64,000 nt of DNA. It comes from Dudresnaya verticillata. Lineage: Eukaryota. Where the stretch lies: the NCBI GenBank assembly GCA_977862235.1, contig OZ374566.1, positions 1-64,000 on the forward strand. Direction: 5' to 3'. Shown here in pieces: positions 24,038 to 36,802 of this stretch. The position numbers and the translations under genes were made by a program. Under the pieces are notes generated by a model. That model worked only from the letters and a program-made list of their open reading frames with translations, was not told the DNA's origin and searched no databases. Positions within the stretch are counted from its first letter, which is position 1; every line of letters begins with the position of its first letter.

Positions 24038-26906
24038 CTACTGGGCGGCCTCGCCCCCAGGACCCACGCCGGGAAAGGCGGGCGCAGAGCCCGCTGCCCC
24101 CGGCGCCGCGGGAACATAGCCCTCAACCACAGTTGTGGTTGCCGCTGGCGCCGGTGGAAGACCCCCGGCGGGAAGCGGAGGCGCCGAGCCTCCATACACC
24201 ACTGCGCTCCCACCTATGGGAGCCGCAGGGCGATAAGGGCCCATCGACGGGCCCCTCACTTGCGGAAGAACCACTTGCTGTGGCACGACGCCTGCAGCAC
24301 TGGGCGGCGCGCCTGCGCCGCCCTGAGCGCCTGGGTACATCAGTTGCCCGGCGCCTTGCCAAGGGGCAACCGGGCCAGAAGGGCCCGGAGCGTACGACTG
24401 CATCGGCTGCATCGACGCATACGCCGTCGGGGGCGGCTGGTATTCCTCGGGCAGCCTCTTGCGCACCGGCGCATAAGACATGCGCTGGACTTCCCCGCGG
24501 AGCCTCTGCACCTCGCGGGAAAAGCCGTCCCGCTCGTCGCGGTATCGAACCGCAACGGCATTGGAGGCGTTGACGTCCTCCTGCAGCACCACTGCGCTCG
24601 ATGCCAGGGCCTGCAGGAGCGTGCGTGTCGATACGCCTTGCCCGACGCGCGCCAAGGAGGCCGCGCTGCGGACAGTCGGATCGGCCCAGACTGCCGCACT
24701 CACCGCCTCGTCCAGTGGGTCGACCACTGGAGGGGGTGGGACATAGGCCACCGCCGGCGACCCATACGGGGCCGGCGGGAGCTGGTACACCTCAACGGCA
24801 GCGGCCGGAGGGGCGCGGGCCATCGACGGCTCCGTGGCAGACGGTCCTCCAACTGCCGCAGGGGCGGCGGGCGCACAACGCGCGGAAGCCCTTGGGGGCG
24901 GCGGGATGTACGACTCGGTCTCCGCCGCCATGACGGCCGCGGCTGACCCAGGGTTAGCACCCACGCCACGACGGCGACGTCCGGCGCGCTCAGCGCGGGC
25001 CATGTCGGCCATCGAGGCGAACCCGGAGCGCTCGATGCGCTCCCGTCGGTCGCGCGTGCCCCGATTGCGCTGGATCTTATAGAGGGCCCCTGTCTCTGGC
25101 AAGAAGCCACACACGAACGCGTCGACGCGTGAAGAGAAGTGACGCCTCCGCGTGTGCTTCTCGGTTGCCGCAGCTACTCGGCGGACTGCGCTGAGCAGCT
25201 AGCCGAACCCAAACGACTTGCCATCCGAAGGACGGAGCAAGTCCGGGAAACACGGCCTCTCGCTTGACCAGCCGGTCGCGAGCAAATTGATCAGGCGGTC
25301 GTCGAAGACCCAGCCTGTCCCCTTCGCGAGGAGCTCGCTGCAGTAGCGGCGGCCCACCTCGAAGGCGTACTCATCTGAGCGCCTAGCCAGGAGCTCACGA
25401 CGAGCAGCTACGCGACCGACTGGTGCGTAGTGGAAATACCGGTCTACGGTTATCCACGGGATAGTGAATCCCGATGGCGTCTCACGGTGGGAGTACCACT
25501 CCGCCGATGGCAACCAGGCCGCATCGAGCGCCGGGTGCAACTTGCACCCCTTTGACGGGCGTCCTTCGCCCGGGGCCTTGCACACATCCCAGTCCCGCTC
25601 CCCGAAGCACACCCCAAAGAGGCGGCGCGCAGAGTCGGCATCGGCCAGACGGTGCGCGAGATCCACGGGCTCGTCTACGGGCACCGTGCGCATCTCTGGG
25701 ATGGTGGCAGGCAGGGGCGGGGCCCACTTATCGGCGGGTGTCAGGAAGAGGGCATCGGCTGCCCTGTCCACCCGCCGAAGCTCCTCAAGGGAGGCGACGT
25801 AAGAAACGTCGCAGGGTAACCCCAACGGCGTGAGCCAGACTATGGCGTCCGCTGGGAGGAAAGCGGCATAGGCTGCCGCCCCTCCGTCCAAGCTCGCGTG
25901 GGCCACCCTCAGGAGCCGCCGGACGTCTGCCCGAGGCTCCTGCAGCCCGCGCCACTGATCCAGCGGGATCTGGTGGCGCGGCACCCCCAGGCGAAGACCG
26001 TCTCGGTCGGGGGCGCGTGCGGTCCAGGGGGCGCCTGGCCCATGAGGGGCAGTCCGACTGAGACCGACACCCCAACAAGAGGCACGACGGGCGCAGCGGT
26101 GGACTCACCCACGCCCGCCGGCTCCCCCTCTGCGTTGGCAGACGCCACGGGAGACGGCGTCGGGGCCGTCGACGGCCCCATGCCAGCAGAATCGCGCGGC
26201 ACAAAGGGTGCCGCCGCTGCGGGGACTTTCCCCGATCCGGATGGCGTGGGCGACCTCGACGGACTCAGGTCGAGCACCCTCGCCACCATCGGCACCGCGG
26301 AGCGCGAAGGCTGCTCCGCGGGTGCCCCTCCTCGCGTCGACGCGGGTTGATTGCTGGGAGCCTTAGGCCCTGCGCGAGGTGGGCCAGTCGGCTGAAAGAC
26401 CCGAGCCGCCGCTACTGGGCGCGGGGCGGCAGAGGCCGCCCCACTCGGGTCCTTCACTCTCTTGCCCTGCGGCGCAGGGCAAGGGCCACCGCCTCTGACA
26501 AGACGTCAGCGGCGGGCGTTGGGGTGGGGTTGGCGTCGACGCCACCCGCCCCGGCGGAAGAAGCTGGCGCCGGAGCAGGCCCGGCCTTGCCCAGCGCACC
26601 CGTCGATGGGGGCGCTTCTTCTGGCGCAACCGTCCAAGGTTGCGCCTCTTCTGTAGCGACCATCGAAAGTCGCTCTGCGGTTGGCGCGGCCGTCGAAGGC
26701 CGCGCCTCCCCGCCCGCCGGCGCCTTTGGCACCGGATCGGCAGGCCCACCCCCTACGACTGACTCAGTCGAGGAGGTGGGCTTGGTAACCGGCGTCCCCT
26801 CGCGCGGGGGCGCCGTCCGCGATCGGTTCACGTGACTCCATCGCCGCGTCGACGCTGGCGATGGGGGAGGAGGTTGAGAGCGTCGAAAGCTTGGAGCGTA
26901 TGGCAC
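24038..26906 (-). pseudogene. Gypsy-1 antisense accessory ORF: Pro/Ala-rich N-terminus, unknown globular domain, coiled-coil and Pro-rich C-terminus; fragmented
   Basis: Four consecutive minus-strand ORFs (26454-26906, 25909-26457, 25199-25984, 24038-25114) between pol and the 3' LTR. The globular part aligns by eye with ORF 51942-54674. Confidence 0.6.
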
Positions 26907-27173
26907 TGGTCTACAGGCAGCCGTACGCGTGGGGAGGGAGTGTTGGTGGTCGTGGTGAGCGATGACCAGACCACCCCACCCCTCAGAGCCGCAGAGGCGG
27001 CTCTCTAAATAGCCCGTCGCGGCTCAGCGCGGGCACACCCGACGTGGCATCGACGCCCGTCACCGACGGACGTCCGGGGGGCCGCTGGCCAATCCCGGGC
27101 GCCGTATTGGCCACCCCACAGCGTGCGCGTCGTAACGGTCGCGACCGAGGCGTTCGCGCTTGAGGGGGTGTTG

Positions 27174-28114
27174 TGTGGCATAGCTGTAAGACCAGCTGTG
27201 CCACGCACGCGCAGCTGTAAGACCAGCTGCGCCACGTGTGCACTGCTGTGCGCACGCTGTCAGCCGGTGGCGCCGAAGCCCCGCTGAACTGTAAGGAAGT
27301 GCGCAGTGGCGCGTGCAGCTGTAAGACCAGCTGTGCCACGTGAGCCCTGCTGTGCGCGCGCTGTCAGCCGGTGGCGCCGAAGCCCCGCTGAACTGTAAGG
27401 ACGTGCGCAGTGGCGCCAGCGTGCGCACGCGTACACGTGTGGCACTGAAACTCCCATGTAATTTCTACGTTTATTGTTTTGTAGTGTACCGCACTGTCTA
27501 AGTGTAAGCGGCGGTCGAACGCCCTGCTGTCCTGCGCGCGGCCCGCACGCACTCCGGCGCAGAGCCGTTGAGTGCGTGACACGCGCGCGCGCACTCCGGC
27601 GTCGAGCCGTTGAGTACGTGTGGACCGTTTCGCCCACGCGCGCCCCCGGGTTGCCGTTACCCGTACGCGTCGACGCGTGTTGGGGCGCGCCGGCGCACCT
27701 CCCGGATTGGTGCCGCCGCAGGCCCTTTAGTATATCTAGTAGTCGCCCCTCCAGGCTTCAGTAAACCAGGCAAGCCAGCCTACGCCAGGCTTGCCCTTTC
27801 TGCTTTGGGTTTCTTTCCCAGTCCTTCGCCGTACGGCTTCCCTCTTTCCCTAGCCGTCTAGGCTTTCCTTTTCCTTTCCCTACTGTCGGCTTCGTGCCGC
27901 CCCACGACGGGGACGCAGGTATCCGGCCGCTGCCGCCCGCGTACGGTACGCCCCGTGCGCGCTCAGGCTTCGACGCCGCTGATCCGCGACCGTCGACGGC
28001 GCGCGCGGCCGACACCGCCGCTCTACCACCACAGCTACCACCCTTCGACGGGTCTGGATGCGACTGATAGACCAGCGCAGCTAGACGTCAGTTCGACCTG
28101 ACGTCTATGCCACA
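27174..28114 (+). repeat. Gypsy-1 3' LTR (941 bp)
   Basis: TGTGGCATA...TATGCCACA; differs from the 5' LTR in the number of CTGTAAG-containing subrepeats. Confidence 0.93.
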
Positions 28115-28649
28115 ATATTAATATATACCCCGGGACTCTGAGAAGAATAATGAGACCGAGGAATTTTCCTGTACCGTCGCGGAAGGGGCCGTTCTTGGCC
28201 CAAACGTGATGGGGCGGCCACCCATGGCAAGAAAAAGGCGTGTCCCTCCCGGAAAGGTCGACGACGAACACCGTTACAGTGGCTGACGGGGTGTTCAGAG
28301 CGATTTCCGTGACGGAAGAGTGCCGCATAAGCGGTGGAACCTGGGCAGAGTACGCCGGCTGCGATATTGCGGAAAAACGAGAGTACCGTTTCGGGAAATG
28401 GGTCGCGTCTTCAGCAGGGTACGCGACCCACGCTGGCAAAATCCGTGACGGAGCGGTATGCCCCAGTTTGAGCAACAACGAAATCCCGTAACGGTAGCAG
28501 GCGTCGACAAGACGCAGTTCCCGTAACCGGGTCGCCACATCGCGGGGAGTTGCGATTACCGCAAGCGACAGTAGCTTGTTTTCCGTTACGGTTAGCGGCG
28601 TACCTTGGCTGGGCGTCGCAGTGGCTTTCCCTTAGCGGAGCTCTTGCCT

Positions 28650-31600
28650 TTTTGCTTTCAATAGCGGTAGATGAAGTTCTGCGGCAATTCCTCGGCGGGT
28701 TCGTAGGTATCCTGATCCGGAGGGTAGCCTTACCAGCGGACTTTGTACGTCATCCCAGTAGGTTCGTCGCGGTGACCGACAATCTTGTCGATCACATATT
28801 CCGTATCGGCTTGTAGTGGTTCCGTCGCGGAGGGAGTAGTACCTTCAGAAGGAGATACTACTGTAGTACCTTCTGGATGTGGCACTACTTCTCCGTAGAC
28901 GGTTGATGGCATGACAGGCGGCACTAGTAAGGGTGCCAGCTGAACCGCAACTCCGATCGGAACCTTCGTGATGCGATCGATACTTACGGGAATCAATACC
29001 CCTTCCTTTCGGATTGTGACAACATGTTCTGTTGCGGATTCCACTTCATGAGGCCCCGTGGCTCTCGGAAGGAGTTTCTTCATTTCCTGAGCCACCTCGC
29101 CCACATCATCCGGTTTGCCTTCCAATCGGTCCCGTTCACGGCGTTCGGCAGGCCGCAAGTTATGGGGCGGCCTGTCGACATAGACTTGATCTCCGTTACG
29201 GATTATGGGCCTAAAGCGCACCTTACGGTCAAACAGTGCCTTGGCTTTTTGCTGAGCCACTGTTTGCTTCGTGCGCGCTGTTTGGAGCGCATACCGTAAA
29301 TGGCGCATGGTGCTCCGCTTCTGTAGCACCGGGGTCATACCCCCTTCCGTAACGGTTTCTTGATGCTCGACAGGAGCCCCTCGTACAACAATGTCCGATG
29401 GGTGGTGTGTCAGCACCAAATCAAATGGCGTTGTTTCCGTAATACGGTGTACCTGCATGTTGTACGCATATGTCAACGGTTGCAGGTACAGATCCCAATC
29501 GGAGTGATGATCCTCAACGTAATGGCGCAAACGCTGAGCGATTGTCTTATTAAATCGCTCAGCTTGCCCATTTGTCTGCGGATGGTAGGCAGCGGTGAGC
29601 AGGTGCCTGACTCCAGTAAGGAACACACCGTATCGAAGAACTTAGCAGTAAACTGCGGTCCGTTATCGGTTAGGACAAATTGGGGTGCGCCGTAGGCGTA
29701 CACCCCAAAGTCCAGAAAGGCGTTAGCCACCACAACGGCTGTTGTTGTCCGTAACGGAATACAGCGCGTCAGCTTAGAGAACCGATCGGTTATTACCAAA
29801 ACGTAGACATGACCCCGTTTTGTCTTCGGAAGTGGCCCGAGAATGTCTATAGCGACAAACTCCAAAGGTCCGCTAGCGGGGAAGAGTTTCATAAACCTTT
29901 GATTCCGAAAGCGGGTTCCCTTTGTCTTCTCGCAGGAGCGACATGTCCGAACGGATTCAAATACATCGTTGGCCATATGAGGCCAATAATAATCCTGTCG
30001 GAGTGTGTAATACATCTTAATTCCGCCTGGGTGACCCGACATCAGGGTGTAGTGGGATAAATACAATACCCGTCCACGGAGTTCGCTTGGTACCACCTTC
30101 TGCAGAGCACCATCCAATTGGGACGTGCGCACCAAGAATCCGTTACGGTCATAGTCAAACTGGGATCCAGGGGAGCCTACCGTATCGGCTTTGAGACGAC
30201 AGAAAGGGTCTCTGGCTTGCCCTTCGAGGAACTCCTCCCTGGTAATTGTCTCATCCTTGACGTCGGATTCTTGGATTACAGTAAACCGTGACGGTATTGC
30301 GTCGGGCTTGTCGGGGGAGGCGGATGCACTCCCACTGGCGGGCTCCACGGCGCATATTACGTTATTTTCCGTAGCGGTTTCTTGTGATGTGGCCCAATCG
30401 GTTAAATATACTCCATGCTCATATAACCCGTCGACGGTGTTTTCGGCGACAAAGCAAGGTATTTCTTCATCCAAAGGTCTATCGTCACCGCCATCCGTTC
30501 GGAGTCGCGACATCCCATCGGCGAGTTGATGCTTAATTCCAGGACGGTATTGCACCTCGAATTCAAATTCCGATAGGCGGAGCCTCCACCTGGCTAGGCG
30601 GCCAGATGAGCCTGCGAGGTTCAGGATCCACCGCAGGGTATCGTGATCCGTTCGGAGAATAAACTTATCACCGTAAAGGTAGGGTCGGAGTGTTAACATG
30701 CTCCAGACCACGGCTAGGCATTCCTTTTCGGTTGTCGTATAGTTTTTCTCCGCATCGGTGAGGCTTCGGCTCTAGTATCCAATAGGGAGGTGATCGCCAT
30801 TCGGTTGTTCCTGCAGAAGTACACAGCCAACTTGGTGGTCACATGCGTCAGTGTCCAACGTATATTTATTTCCGTGACGGGGTAGAGCCAATATAGGTGA
30901 AGAGATAAAGCGTCTCTTCAGTTCCTCGAAGGCTTCATATTCCGTATCGGATAATATTCCAAACTCAAAGGGTGAGCCCTTGCCGGTTTTCTTATTTAGC
31001 GGTGCTGAAATCCGAGCGAAGTTGGGTACAAAGCGACGATACACGTTGCACATTCCCAAGAAGGATCGCAATTCCGTCTGGTTAGTCGGCGGCTTCGCGA
31101 CCTTAACGGATTGGATATTCCGATTATCCACTTCTAATTTTCCGGGACGGATAACATGCCCTAGGTATTGTACAGACGCGTTGAAGAAGTCACACTTTGA
31201 AAATTTCAACGTTACCCCAGCAGATCGTAAAAGCGTAAGGACTTCCTTCAGGTGGTGGAAATGTTCCGTAACGGTTTTTGAGTAGACAATTACGTCGTCT
31301 AGGTAGACGAGGGCAAATTGCCATTTAACCGTAGAAAGGATTATATCCACTGCCCGTTGGAAGGTTGCCGGTGCATTTTTCAATCCGAATGGCATTCTCC
31401 GAAAACGGTATACGCCAAAATGGCTAGTAAAGGTAGTTTTGTCCCTTTCCTCTTCCGGAATCTCGACTTGCCAATATCCGCTATTGCAATCCAGGGTGGT
31501 AAATACAGTAGCTTCCCCAAGGGAATCTATGCCCTCATCCATCCTGGGTAAGGGCTATGAGTCCCTAACCGTTACTGAATTGAGCCTTCTATAGTCAGCA

Positions 31601-32852
31601 CAGAACCGCATGGTGCCGTCCTTTTTTGGAACGAAAACCACGGGGCTGGCCCACTCCGATGAGGCTGGTTCAATTACCTTAGCGGAAAGCATGCGATCGA
31701 TCTCTGTCTTTTCGATATCTCGCTGCTTATGTCCGGCACGGCATGGAGCTTGATATACTGGCTTCGCTCCGGGAGTTAACTCGATGCGGTGCTTGGCAGC
31801 TGTAATGTTGCCAAGATCGCCACTCCACATCGATTTATATTCCTCGAGTAGGGTTAAAATCCGTTTGCGGAGCGATGCTTCTTCTGTGCCGATCTGGACT
31901 TGATCCTTCCAGTCGGTAGTATTTGTATTTTCCGTTACGGGGCTGCTTACTTCCTTGTCGTGGGGGGAGATACTGCTGGCCTTTTCGGAGGTAGGGTTAG
32001 AATTAAATGATTGAATAATTCCTCCCCCTCCTTAAATGGAGGTATACCGTTGACGGTAAAAATAGCAGAAGGGGCAGCAGTAGCGAGGCCCACGACAGTA
32101 TATTTGGGCGACCGTACCGGCTTGTTAGAAACATTAGAGACCCAGATCCGAAACGGTTTGTTAGGTACAATATCCATAATACCATTAGCCATTAACGTGA
32201 GGTGCTTAAAAGCCGGCTTAGGATGATTTTGTAGAAAGCATAACCCACCCGTGGGGGTATTAACCGTTACGGTGGTTTGCGTCATAGGGGGAATAAGGGT
32301 AGATTTGGCTAAACGAATTTTCTGAGAAACCGTAGCGGCAGAAAGAGGTGAGGGCTGTAGGGTGGCAGTGGGTCCCGTCTTCGGAATTTTGGCTTGACCA
32401 ACAAGGGATACCGGTGGGTAATGATGAAAAACAACTTTCCGTAACGGAGGGAGGATTGCCTTCACGTAGATGAAGGTAATTCCCAAAATACAGGGAGCCG
32501 CCAAGTTCGCGACCACTAGAAAATGGACGCGAGCACGGAGCTCTCCGATACGGACGAAAAGTTGGATCTGACCAAGAGGGCGTATAGCGCGATTAGACGC
32601 ATCCCATAATGGAGGACTGGTTGCTGGGCGTATGAGTGGGAGCCATTGGCGCGGAAGGCGCCTGGCACTAATGAGATTGGGCCCAGCGCCAGAGTCCAAG
32701 ACGGAGATTAAAGGAAGCATCACGCTATCTGTCCGTCCCACGGTAATTTGCATCTTGTAATTTTGATGTTGCATAAAGAAGACAGTATCATTAGTCTGAT
32801 AAGCCAATGGGAGTTCCGTAACGGTATCTCGCCGATCCCCTGGCGGGTCCAC
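28650..32852 (-). pseudogene. pol: Gypsy-2 pol (PR, RT, RH, IN, chromodomain) with several stops and frameshifts
   Basis: LDSGAG, RFCADYR, YLDD, LDTDAC, GHPG...CRSC, TDNGPQF, AERFNK, EYVIDKIVGH...YKVRW. Confidence 0.93.
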
Positions 32853-32896
32853 ACTCGCGAGAGGTGGAAAGCCGTGAGGCGGGGATGGCGGCGCCC

Positions 32897-35376
32897 TTAC
32901 GCATCCCCCCTTGAGTTTTCCGAATTCAAGGTTGCACCAGTCGGATCCGCCTCCATGGGCTCGCGCAATTCTGCGATTTCCACTCCGTCATGGTCCTCCA
33001 CCGATAGTATCGGGGCATTCCGTTGCGGAGGGGGCGTATGCGGCTTGCCCCGATTCCCTTGCGGATTCGAACTGGTTCCTACTACGAACCTGCGACCTAC
33101 AGGGTAGTGCTTCTGGAAGTTGCGCTCTCGCTCTTCCACAAGCCTAACCCGATCGGAGTCATGTATCCATGGGCAGACAACGTGCTCTGGCGAAAGGCAG
33201 ATGCGACAGTTACCACTTCCGTAAAGGCGTCGGACCCGAGGATCCGACTCATCCCGTAGCGGAGGAGCTGGTTGCTGCTGTCCTCGCCCATCGTGGGCAT
33301 TATTTCCGTGACGGTGACTCGGCTGCTGTTGGGGGCCAGGAGCCGGGCGAGATCCACCATAGGGGGGACCTTGCCTGCGTGGCATCCTGGGCGGAGTAGG
33401 GTGGACGCTTTGCGGGGGCGAGGAGTACGGGGTAGAAAAGGTAAACCCCGTGCTCGTACCCGTAGCGGCACCGTGGCCTCCCTCGACGGCTAGCACCTGA
33501 TTATCCGTAGCGGAAAGATTCCCTTGCGACTCATAGTGTACATCCGATACGGAATCCAGCGACAACACCTTAGACGGGCGCGCTTTAGTGCGCCCATCAA
33601 AGATGTGAGCCGGAACGGTTTGGCGTTGAGCTACCCGATGGGACTGACCCAGACCAGTCGCATAGCGAGTGATGGCCTGATAATCCAACTGGGAATGCGT
33701 CGCCAGATAATTTCTCATCTGTTGACGAGTACCCGGTAGGAGTCCTTCAACGAACAGTGACTTCAATGCCCGATCGGAAAATACTGTACCGCAACGGAGA
33801 GCCTTGGCCCAGAGCTGGTTCGAGAACTGCTCTTCCGTCATGGTGGATGTTTGCCTGAAGTTGCTGACATCCGTATAGGCTTCAGCAATCACTTCATCCG
33901 TAGCGTAGGTTCTCAATAAAAGTTCACCACCTCGGAATATGTGCGGAGCATCTCGGCCTGCTCCACGTCAACCGCCATGGTACCTCCAGCAAGCCTAGCC
34001 TGTAGAAGGGCTTCGGCCTGTCCTTTAAGGAAAAACTGGAAGCACCAGACGGCAACCCCTTCGGCGATGCCGTTGATGTTACAACCGTCACGGAATTTAG
34101 CGAGAAATCCCAAGACGGTAATAGGGTCCGTCCCATCGAATGTATGGGAGGACATCTGGACGTCGAGTTTCTTCCGTATACGGCTCATGTTTTGTGAGAA
34201 CTTAGAGCCGTATGTCTTACTCCTCTTATCCAATCGGTAGGTGCGGTAGTCCAGCGCCTTGACAAACTTGTCATGTAGCGGCCGGATTACCTTCACCTTT
34301 CCGGATTTGGCACCGTGTTTTCTGGCCCGGTGCCTATTCTCTCTATCCGTTACGGAAGAACTCTCTGAGTCTGAATCCGTAGAGATAGAGGAGTCATGCC
34401 TTTTTTCGCGTTTCCGCGATCTTCTGTTTCTCCTCTTACGGCGGCGGTGTTGGCTATCCTCTGAGCTGCTCTCATTGGATTCCATACCGGATTGGTGGTG
34501 TCGTCGCTGGGTGTGGTCGCCCATGTGCGACCGACGGGGAGGGTCAGAGCGGGAGTGTCGGGCATCTCGTTTATGCCGACCTCGACCGGTCCTCCGACTC
34601 GGATGGGGTGAGCTGGACGCATCGCTGAGATGGTCGCTGCCTCCACCTGATCGAACCGGAACGGTATAGCGCTCTTGCTGATAGCGCCCTGGCGTAGGCA
34701 CATCTACGTGTCCAGGAGAATACCGTAACGGTGGCTGAGTGTTTGTTGGTCCCGTAGGGGCTTGTTGATGTTGAGAATCCGTTACCGGAGCCGGTGGCAG
34801 TGGCCCAGAGGGTACTGTGCCCGGCGGAAATCCCATAACGGGGGGTTGTTGCGGCTGCTGCGTTCTTCCCTCGACCGGGAATTCATTCCATAACGGTGGT
34901 TGCTCAGTGAAAGCTTCCGTAGCGGGAGGCCTTGCCATGCCGGGAGCAATCTGGCTCTCGAGCTCGGCGGCCACCTTTTCCTGTAGGATCAAAGCTTGCA
35001 CTATCCGAGGAAGGTGCTGCTCCAGATAGGAATTAACCAAAGACGGAACCGTTTCCGAGAGGGATATCTCCACCTCTTTTACCATTCCAGGTTGTACTTC
35101 CAATCGGAGATGCTCTAACACCCTGAGAAGGACCTCCGACAGGACCCAGTGGACCCGATGGGATTACGGCTTGGGTTGCGGAGCTGCCTTCTTCGAGGCG
35201 TCTGATCCGACACGGGAACGGGGAGCTTTACCAGCAGCACCCTTTAGGATGTCTTCTGGGTTCTCCACTCCGGAACGGATTTCACCTCCTTCACTGCGTA
35301 GACTGCGCGCAGTGGGGGTAGTGTCACCCGCTTTAGGTCCCGTAACGGGAGGGTCTGCGTGTTCTTCGTTCTGCAT
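32897..35376 (-). pseudogene. gag: Gypsy-2 gag, frameshifted
   Basis: DYRTYRLD, FDGTDPITVLGFL, degenerate knuckle CRICLSPEHVVC. Confidence 0.82.
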
Positions 35377-35501
35377 GATACCTTAACGGAACACAACGGT
35401 TGTTCTTGCTTGTCTATCCAATATTCCGTAACGGGTTGTCGGTACAGCCGAATTCCTACTGTAGCGGATTTCGACGGCTGTTTCTGCCAACCGTGACGGT
35501 G

Positions 35502-35519
35502 TTCTAGGTCGGGAGACCA
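35502..35519 (-). promoter_or_regulatory. Gypsy-2 primer-binding site TGGTCTCCCGACCTAGAA
   Basis: Reverse complement lies 5 nt inside the LTR boundary; identical to the Gypsy-1 PBS. Confidence 0.8.
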
Positions 35520-35524
35520 AAAGA

Positions 35525-36199
35525 TGTGGTGTAGTGAAAACCCACGAACTCCGAGACGGACAGCTGGCCTGACTTTCCTTAACGGACGAGAGCAACACTA
35601 CCTCCACGGGGTGGTAGAGCAGTTCGCACCGAGACGGGAGAACAGCGAGCGGCTAACCGAGACGGATATTGGGAAGCAACAGACAAGGGGGTGGTACAAG
35701 TGCCGGGACGGACTCCGTAACGGTGGTGGTGGTAGACCGCAACGGGCCCGGCGCGGGGAAAACCGTAAAGGATTGGGCTAAGGTTGCTTACCCGTTTACC
35801 TTAGGAGCCGCTGCGGTGCCGCCCTGATATACAAGTCAGGGTGGCACCGAGCGGTCCGGTCCGTGGGGGCCAGACCCTAGTGGTCTGGTCCTATGGTGGA
35901 ATCGGCCCTGCTGGTCCCAATCTCCGACACGGACATGCGCAGCATTCTCATTGGCTGGCGCGCTACTCTACACACTTTGCACAGACTCACTAAAAATAAA
36001 GAATAAATACTACAAATACTCCGATATGGTTGGTGCGCTTCACTGTTGTACAGCAATGCGTACCGGCGTACAGCAATGCGTACGACATCCGACACGGTTA
36101 CACGTTGCCAGATCATCAGCGTGGCGTATTGCCACATCACCCGTTACGGTTGGCTCGCCGTCGGCGTGCCGCGTGCGCGCCACGGCTCACTTCACCACA
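35525..36199 (-). repeat. Gypsy-2 5' LTR (675 bp)
   Basis: TGTGGTGTAG...CTTCACCACA imperfect terminal inverted repeat adjacent to the PBS. Confidence 0.75.
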
Positions 36200-36802
36200 G
36201 GTTTTAGGAGTCGCCCAAAGTACTCGCACTCGCACGTTGATTAAATGTTGTGGGGACGGGGACGGTACTGTAAGGCATTTTGTGCTGGTGGGACAGGTCT
36301 TCATTACAGTACTGGACGCTGCATCGAACCCAGTAGTGACGATAGATCTCGCGCGACAACAAAACTGTTACGTAGTGCGGCACAGCCTTGACTGGGTCAG
36401 GTGCGCTTTACAAATAATCCCGCGTTTCCGAAGCAGTCCCATACCCATACGTTACCGCACATGACAAATGACTCTATGTCTCTTGTCCCTAACACGGTCT
36501 TCCCGCTAATCATCACACTACTGAAATTGATCTCCACATCCCTAGGGAGGAACGAGAGTCGCAGGAGCAAGGAAGGGATATAGACAGCGCTGATGGACCC
36601 AGTGCTCCCGGATTGGGAACTGAAGGTGGCGGAAAGGGTGTGAATAGAGCGATGTCGGGAGACCTGGCTGGAGCCGTACTCCCACGTGCACGCAGACAAA
36701 GCTTCAAGGACAGGAGGAGGTGAATGAAGGGGAAGAGAGACATGGTTCGAAGGGGAATGGGCAAGGTGAGAGCAAAGGTGGGGAAGTGGGAGTGCCGGGG
36801 GG

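Larger units (their letters stand above)
14722..28114 (+). mobile_element. Ty3/Gypsy chromovirus (Gypsy-1), two LTRs, degenerate, with an extra antisense ORF
   Basis: LTR, PBS, gag, PR-RT-RH-IN-chromodomain, 4.5-kb extra region, purine tract GAGGGGGTG at about 27162, LTR. Confidence 0.93.
28115..36199 (-). mobile_element. Ty3/Gypsy chromovirus (Gypsy-2), inverted, 3' LTR missing
   Basis: 5' LTR 35525-36199, PBS, gag and pol on the minus strand; cut off at the Gypsy-1 3' LTR. Confidence 0.92.

Noticed and set aside
14722..36199. Simple nested insertion of Gypsy-1 into Gypsy-2
   Set aside because: The rest of Gypsy-2 and its 3' LTR are not found left of 14722, and there is no TSD.
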